The notes beneath the pieces were generated by a model, which had not been told where the DNA came from, did not search any database, and saw only the letters and a program-made list of their open reading frames with translations. A stretch of DNA of 64,000 nucleotides from assembly GCA_050012255.1 (NCBI GenBank), contig JBEKHN010000001.1, forward strand, positions 288,001 through 352,000, given 5' to 3'. Both the position numbers and the translations under genes were made by a program. Within the stretch, counting starts at the first letter, position 1; every line of letters begins with the position of its first letter. This stretch comes from Candidatus Bathyarchaeia archaeon (GTDB lineage Archaea; Thermoproteota; Bathyarchaeia; Bathyarchaeales; Bathycorpusculaceae). Shown piece by piece: positions 58,892-64,000 of the stretch.

Positions 58892-61800
58892 TTGAGAATA
58901 TCCCGACTTCATAGACGAAAGTCTAAAGGTATGCTGATCATGTGGATTTTGGCAGCAATGGTCATAGTGCCACTCTCTATACTCGTGCAGCCCACCGCTG
59001 CGGAGAATTGGTGGAATCCAGGATGGAACTACAGAGAAACTGTTGTGGTGAACCATACTCAGGTAAACGCAACATTGCTGAGTTTTCCAGTTCTCATTGA
59101 CGTTGTAGATGCTAATCTTGTGAACAAGACTCAGGCCAGTGGCAATGACATTGTTTTCGTTGGTAGCGACAATGGTACGTTCAACCATGAGATTGAGTTT
59201 TACGATGGCACTGTTGGGCATCTTGTTGCGTGGGTTAGAGTCCCCCAGCTTTCTTCCACTCAAGACACGACATTCTACATGTACTATGGTAATCCTTCTG
59301 CTCAGAATCAGCAGAATCCAAACGGTGTCTGGGACGCCAACTTCACCATGGTTCAACATCTCGACGAGACAGGAGTGAGTCGCTTTGATTCTACAACTAA
59401 TAAAAATAATGGGACAGCTTATGGTGTGAGTAAGGGTTTGGGGAAGATTGATGGGGCTGACGTTTTTAATGGAGTAAACAGTTACCTCAGAGTGGCTGAC
59501 GCTCCGAGTTTGGATCCTTCGTCGACCATTATGGTTGAGTTGTGGATGAATCTTTCGTCGACGAATGATTACATCAACCTCATTAGCAAAGGCAGTTATG
59601 ACCAGTTTTACTTGAGGCTGGGTTCAGGATATGGAAGTAATTCCTCCGGAAATGCCTACTGGTCCGTTAAGTTCAGCGATGGCAACGTGTCAGTCATTGA
59701 GGGAAATGTTGGCTGGGCTTGGAACATGTGGCATTACGTGGTCGCCACCTTAGATACGAACGCTCAGGTTATGCGAATATATGTTGATGGTGTCTTGAAG
59801 CTAAGTGGCACTTTTGCTTCAGGAAAAAGCATCGCTGCCACGTCGAATCCTATTCTCATAAGCAACCCAAGTTCAAGGCAGATCAAGGGAATCATAGAGG
59901 AAATTCGCGTCTCAAATGCAGCTCGCTCGAATGCTTATATTCAGACTAGCTACATGAACCAGAAGAGTCCATCAACATTCTGCGCAGTGGGATTTCCAGA
60001 AACAAACCCGATCCCACCTGCCAACATTTTGATATATGATGCAAACCCAGCAAATGAAACCACAGGCACCTATACAAACCCAACTCTATCCATTCGAGCA
60101 GTCGACCTCAACGGAGGTACCATGAACATTACCTTTGTGGAAAGAGTGTCTGGCAATTGGATAGACATAGGGGACTACATTGGAAAGGATGGCGTGTACT
60201 CTACGATTTCAGAGAATGTGACAAGTCTTGGCAGTACGTATTACTGGGGCGTCTACGTTACGGATGGCACGAATTCCACAAGCAACTATTACTCTTTCAC
60301 GACCACCACGAAAATACTTACACAAAAATGGTTTGTGAATAGCGCTTGGAGCGGAGTTTCCGGCGCACTCATAGCTGACGTCAATGGAGATGGCACGCAA
60401 GAGGTTATCCAAGCTGGACAAGGTGGAGTGGTGGCTCTGAACGGTACCAACGGAAATGTTGTCTGGAATGTTTCTGACAGTGGTATAGGCGACCATTGTC
60501 AACCCGCGATCGCCAACCTAGACGGCGATGGAGACCTTGAAACAGTCGTTCCCCTTCAATCTCCGGCGGGGGTACTCGTTTTGTATGGCAATGGTAGCAC
60601 GTATTGGAGAAGAACCGATCTGGGCGGGGACATGTTTTCCGGGCCTGTAGTCTTCGACATTGATGGGAGTGGTCATCCAACAATCTTTGCAGCTTCTACA
60701 GATGCTTTAAGTGGCCTAGGCCTAAATGGCACTGGAAGGATTACCGCGCTGAGCTATAATGGAACCATATTGCGTCAAACCTTTGCTTGGCGTCCCTGCA
60801 GCGGAGGCCTGTCCATTGCAGATGTGGATGGAACTGGTCGATTTACGCTTTTCATGGGCGACAGATACATGTACCTAAACAGCTCTGAATATGGGGACAA
60901 CGACTATGGAAAAGGAGTCTCTGCATATTGGGCCACGAATTTGACGTTGCGATGGTACAGGCCGGAAATCTTCTGCAGCAGTCAAAAACCTATACTGGCC
61001 GACGTCAACAATGATGGAAAACTTGAAGTTGTAATAGGCGATATGAACGGTGGGGCCTGGGTGCTGAATGCAACAGATGGAAGCACAATAAACGCGATTC
61101 CAGGCGTTCCTTACGTTTTACCCACCCACTATCAACCTTCAGTCTACGACATAGACGGTGACGGGCACCTTGAAATGCTGATGGCTGACCCGCACGATAC
61201 TGCCTCGAGCGACCTCGTTGTCTTGGACTTGGTTACATGGAAGGTGAAAGCAAGCATTTACATAGGGAAGAACTTCTATGGCCCTCAACTCGCCGACGTA
61301 GATGGCGACGGTCACATGGAAATTATCGCGTGCAACTACGGCAGCATTCTCATCATCGATAGAACGTACCGCGTGATAGACGGCATAGTTGGGCTTTCGG
61401 GAGGAGTCATTTCCCAAGGTACACCAGAAAACATAGATGGATTAGCAGGACTCACAGGAACACTAAACTATGCGGTCGTGCAGGACATAGACGGCGACGG
61501 CTACAACGAGGTAGTCGTCACATCCCAAAGCGGCACCGTGTACGCATTTGATACCCCCGCACGCACACCATATCCAAGACCCAGAACTGAAGTTCAATTC
61601 TATAGCGAATATAGACGTGGGGCAGCAGAATACGTGCAGCCTCAAACTACGCAGTCACCAGTTATCTCCTCTCTATACCCGCTGAATTCCGCAACAGCAG
61701 TACCCGTCTCAACATCCCAACTGAGTTTTACTCTAACAGACTATCAACGCAACTTGATGAACTATACCGTTACGACTTACCCAAACATAGGATCTAGTAA

Positions 61801-64000
61801 TGTGCAAAATGCGGGAAACGGGAGATGCTATCTGAACGTAAGCAATCTGCAGTATTCAACGATGTACGCGTGGACTGTAAACGCAACAGATGGGCTGCAT
61901 CAGACAAACGCAGCCTATGTGTTCACAACAGAAGACTTGCCAGCACAGGTACCATGGTGGAACCAAGCATGGCCATATCGCAAGGCAATAACGATCGACC
62001 ACAACAAGGTCGCCGCAGACCTTGCAAGCGTACCAATACTCGTGGACACAACGGACAGCGATTTGATTGGAAAGACACAACCTGACGGCAAAGACATCGT
62101 CTTCACGGATGTCAATGGTACCAAACTCAATCATGAAATCGAGTCTTACGACAACAATACTGGGCATCTTGTTGCATGGGTGAACATACCTAATGTTTCC
62201 TCCACGGCAGACACGAAACTCTACATGTATTACGGCAACACTAGTGCCTCCAACCAACAGAACCCTGCCGCTGTTTGGGATTCTAACTTCATGATGGTTC
62301 AGCATTTGAAAGAAAAAGGTCAAAATCGGTTTGATTCCACCGCTAACGCCAACAACGGAACATTCTACGGCGGGATCGCCAAAGGCGTCAGGATTGACGG
62401 CGCTGACACATTTGCCAACGCTACCAATTACATCGTCGTGCCTGACAGTCCAAGCTTGAACCCTTCATCAGCCATCACTATCGAACTGTGGATGAACCTA
62501 TCCTCAACAGGCAATTACATCAATATTGTTAACAAAGGCAACTACGCACAGTATTACCTGAGGCTGGGCCCTCAGGCAGGATATGCCTACTGGTACGTTA
62601 AGTTCAGCGATGGCACGGCGAAATCCATCGAGGGCAATATCGGCTGGGTATTTGGCGCTTGGCACTACCTAGTGGCTACGTTGGATACTCAGGCACAAAC
62701 CATGACAGTTTACCTTGATGGCGTCCAAGAACTTACCGGCACCTTTGGTTCAGGAAAAACCATAGTGGCAACTAGCAACTCCATCATGATAAGTGACCTT
62801 GGTCAAAGACCTATAACTGGCGTTATCGACGAAGTCCGCATCTCAAACGTCGTTCGGTCAGCTGCATGGATACAGACAAGCTTCAACAACGAAAAAGGCC
62901 AATCAACATTTCTCACAATAGGAAGCGAAGAGCTCATTCCTCAAGCCCCACAAGTTTTCTCGCCAACACCTTCCTACAAGGCAACTAACGTGTTGCCCTC
63001 TCTGTCACAGCTCAGCTTCAACCTGACAGACTATCAGGGCAGCCTGATGAACTACACTGTCGCAAGCTATCCGGACATAACTAGCGGTCTCGTCAGCGGG
63101 CTGAATGTTAGCAGCGGCATGTACACCGTCAACGTTAGCGGCCTGCAATACTTCACAACCTACACGTGGACAGTCAACGTGACCGACGGAGTACACTGGA
63201 CGAATATGACATTCTCATTTTCAACACTCCCAAGTGTACCACCAACTCAAGCTACACCGCTGCTGGTTCAAAGCGGAACAGGAGACCTAACATGCTACAA
63301 CCAGACAACCTACGACCCCTACAGTAACGTAACAAACATCTATAACTGGTACAGAAACGGTACTTCCCTTACAAACCTGCTGCTTCCATTCGACACAAAC
63401 AGCTCAACGACAGCTACGGACTACTCAGGATACAACAACAACGGCCAGATAATTGGAGGAGTGAGCTGGGTCAGCAACGGAAAAGTCGGCGGAGCCTACA
63501 ATTTCAACAGAGGATTTATCCAAATTCCAGGCACGAGCACACTGGACGGCGGAGGTCAATGGTCAGAAATCACAGTGGAGGAATGGATATACCTCACAGC
63601 ATACGAGAACGAAACAAGAACCATAGCGAGAATACCCAGCTACGAAATAGGCATAAGCGGCAACACAATCTACGCTGGGATATGGGTGGTTACTGGCAGC
63701 CCGATGCTGAGCGGCTACCATAGAGTTACCTACAACCAAACACTCCAGACAAACACGTGGTACCATGTGGCCTTCACATACAAGAGCGGTGCTAGCCTGA
63801 CGCTTTACATAAACGGGATTCCAGTAGGCAATCAGACAGTATCAGGCAACATCCAACCAAGTGGCTCCAACCCTTTGTACATAGGCTGGTTCGACTACTT
63901 CAAAGGCAAGATCGACGAAGTTGCAATCTATCCAAGATGCCTAACGCCGCAGCAGATCAACCAAACCTACCTCGACACCAATAATGGCCTGAGCAACAGC
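58892..64000 (+). CDS. Giant secreted surface protein: DUF2341+LamG x2, FG-GAP/VCBS propeller, further LamG; runs off the right edge
   Basis: Signal peptide, WWNPGWNYR...FPVLI...HEIE...YMYYGN (twice), DVNGDG/DIDGDG repeats, WYHVAFTY...GKIDEVAIY; open frame to 64000. Confidence 0.9.
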   Translation, partial: MRISRLHRRKSKGMLIMWILAAMVIVPLSILVQPTAAENWWNPGWNYRETVVVNHTQVNATLLSFPVLIDVVDANLVNKTQASGNDIVFVGSDNGTFNHEIEFYDGTVGHLVAWVRVPQLSSTQDTTFYMYYGNPSAQNQQNPNGVWDANFTMVQHLDETGVSRFDSTTNKNNGTAYGVSKGLGKIDGADVFNGVNSYLRVADAPSLDPSSTIMVELWMNLSSTNDYINLISKGSYDQFYLRLGSGYGSNSSGNAYWSVKFSDGNVSVIEGNVGWAWNMWHYVVATLDTNAQVMRIYVDGVLKLSGTFASGKSIAATSNPILISNPSSRQIKGIIEEIRVSNAARSNAYIQTSYMNQKSPSTFCAVGFPETNPIPPANILIYDANPANETTGTYTNPTLSIRAVDLNGGTMNITFVERVSGNWIDIGDYIGKDGVYSTISENVTSLGSTYYWGVYVTDGTNSTSNYYSFTTTTKILTQKWFVNSAWSGVSGALIADVNGDGTQEVIQAGQGGVVALNGTNGNVVWNVSDSGIGDHCQPAIANLDGDGDLETVVPLQSPAGVLVLYGNGSTYWRRTDLGGDMFSGPVVFDIDGSGHPTIFAASTDALSGLGLNGTGRITALSYNGTILRQTFAWRPCSGGLSIADVDGTGRFTLFMGDRYMYLNSSEYGDNDYGKGVSAYWATNLTLRWYRPEIFCSSQKPILADVNNDGKLEVVIGDMNGGAWVLNATDGSTINAIPGVPYVLPTHYQPSVYDIDGDGHLEMLMADPHDTASSDLVVLDLVTWKVKASIYIGKNFYGPQLADVDGDGHMEIIACNYGSILIIDRTYRVIDGIVGLSGGVISQGTPENIDGLAGLTGTLNYAVVQDIDGDGYNEVVVTSQSGTVYAFDTPARTPYPRPRTEVQFYSEYRRGAAEYVQPQTTQSPVISSLYPLNSATAVPVSTSQLSFTLTDYQRNLMNYTVTTYPNIGSSNVQNAGNGRCYLNVSNLQYSTMYAWTVNATDGLHQTNAAYVFTTEDLPAQVPWWNQAWPYRKAITIDHNKVAADLASVPILVDTTDSDLIGKTQPDGKDIVFTDVNGTKLNHEIESYDNNTGHLVAWVNIPNVSSTADTKLYMYYGNTSASNQQNPAAVWDSNFMMVQHLKEKGQNRFDSTANANNGTFYGGIAKGVRIDGADTFANATNYIVVPDSPSLNPSSAITIELWMNLSSTGNYINIVNKGNYAQYYLRLGPQAGYAYWYVKFSDGTAKSIEGNIGWVFGAWHYLVATLDTQAQTMTVYLDGVQELTGTFGSGKTIVATSNSIMISDLGQRPITGVIDEVRISNVVRSAAWIQTSFNNEKGQSTFLTIGSEELIPQAPQVFSPTPSYKATNVLPSLSQLSFNLTDYQGSLMNYTVASYPDITSGLVSGLNVSSGMYTVNVSGLQYFTTYTWTVNVTDGVHWTNMTFSFSTLPSVPPTQATPLLVQSGTGDLTCYNQTTYDPYSNVTNIYNWYRNGTSLTNLLLPFDTNSSTTATDYSGYNNNGQIIGGVSWVSNGKVGGAYNFNRGFIQIPGTSTLDGGGQWSEITVEEWIYLTAYENETRTIARIPSYEIGISGNTIYAGIWVVTGSPMLSGYHRVTYNQTLQTNTWYHVAFTYKSGASLTLYINGIPVGNQTVSGNIQPSGSNPLYIGWFDYFKGKIDEVAIYPRCLTPQQINQTYLDTNNGLSNS

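Noticed and set aside
58676-63766. Minus-strand and short alternate-frame ORFs listed in the track
   Set aside because: Shadows of the giant plus-strand CDS.

Overview
Archaeal genomic DNA, probably Bathyarchaeia. This is inferred from Alba, CARDB+dockerin and DUF2341/LamG surface proteins, HTH_45-type regulators and TATA-box promoters. Layout: (i) 1-1.6 kb, a GT4 glycosyltransferase and alba; (ii) 2.6-18.7 kb, a plasticity zone of microproteins (Zn fingers, RHH, ferritin-like), pseudogenes, orphan antitoxins and four tyrosine recombinases (an integrated element with two convergent integrases, plus a coupled tandem pair); (iii) 18.9-58.7 kb, a large surface-glycan/S-layer locus (GT2, GT4, GT-C, pyruvyl transferase, FrhB-like, two CapK-like ligases, homoserine dehydrogenase, DABA-type aminotransferase, M14 peptidase, epimerase, GNAT, FabG-like, DegT); (iv) a giant secreted protein running off the right end. 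The most striking signal is a short palindrome, consensus TAGCGCGCGCTA. About 30 exact or degenerate copies were found by eye, nearly all intergenic. Several sit exactly at the breakpoints of truncated genes (toxin, epimerase, GT2, GNAT, dockerin, PQQ-repeat, RHH). This suggests an undescribed site-directed recombination/deletion or end-joining system, possibly driven by the local tyrosine recombinases. All family calls are from motif recognition by eye; no database searches were run.
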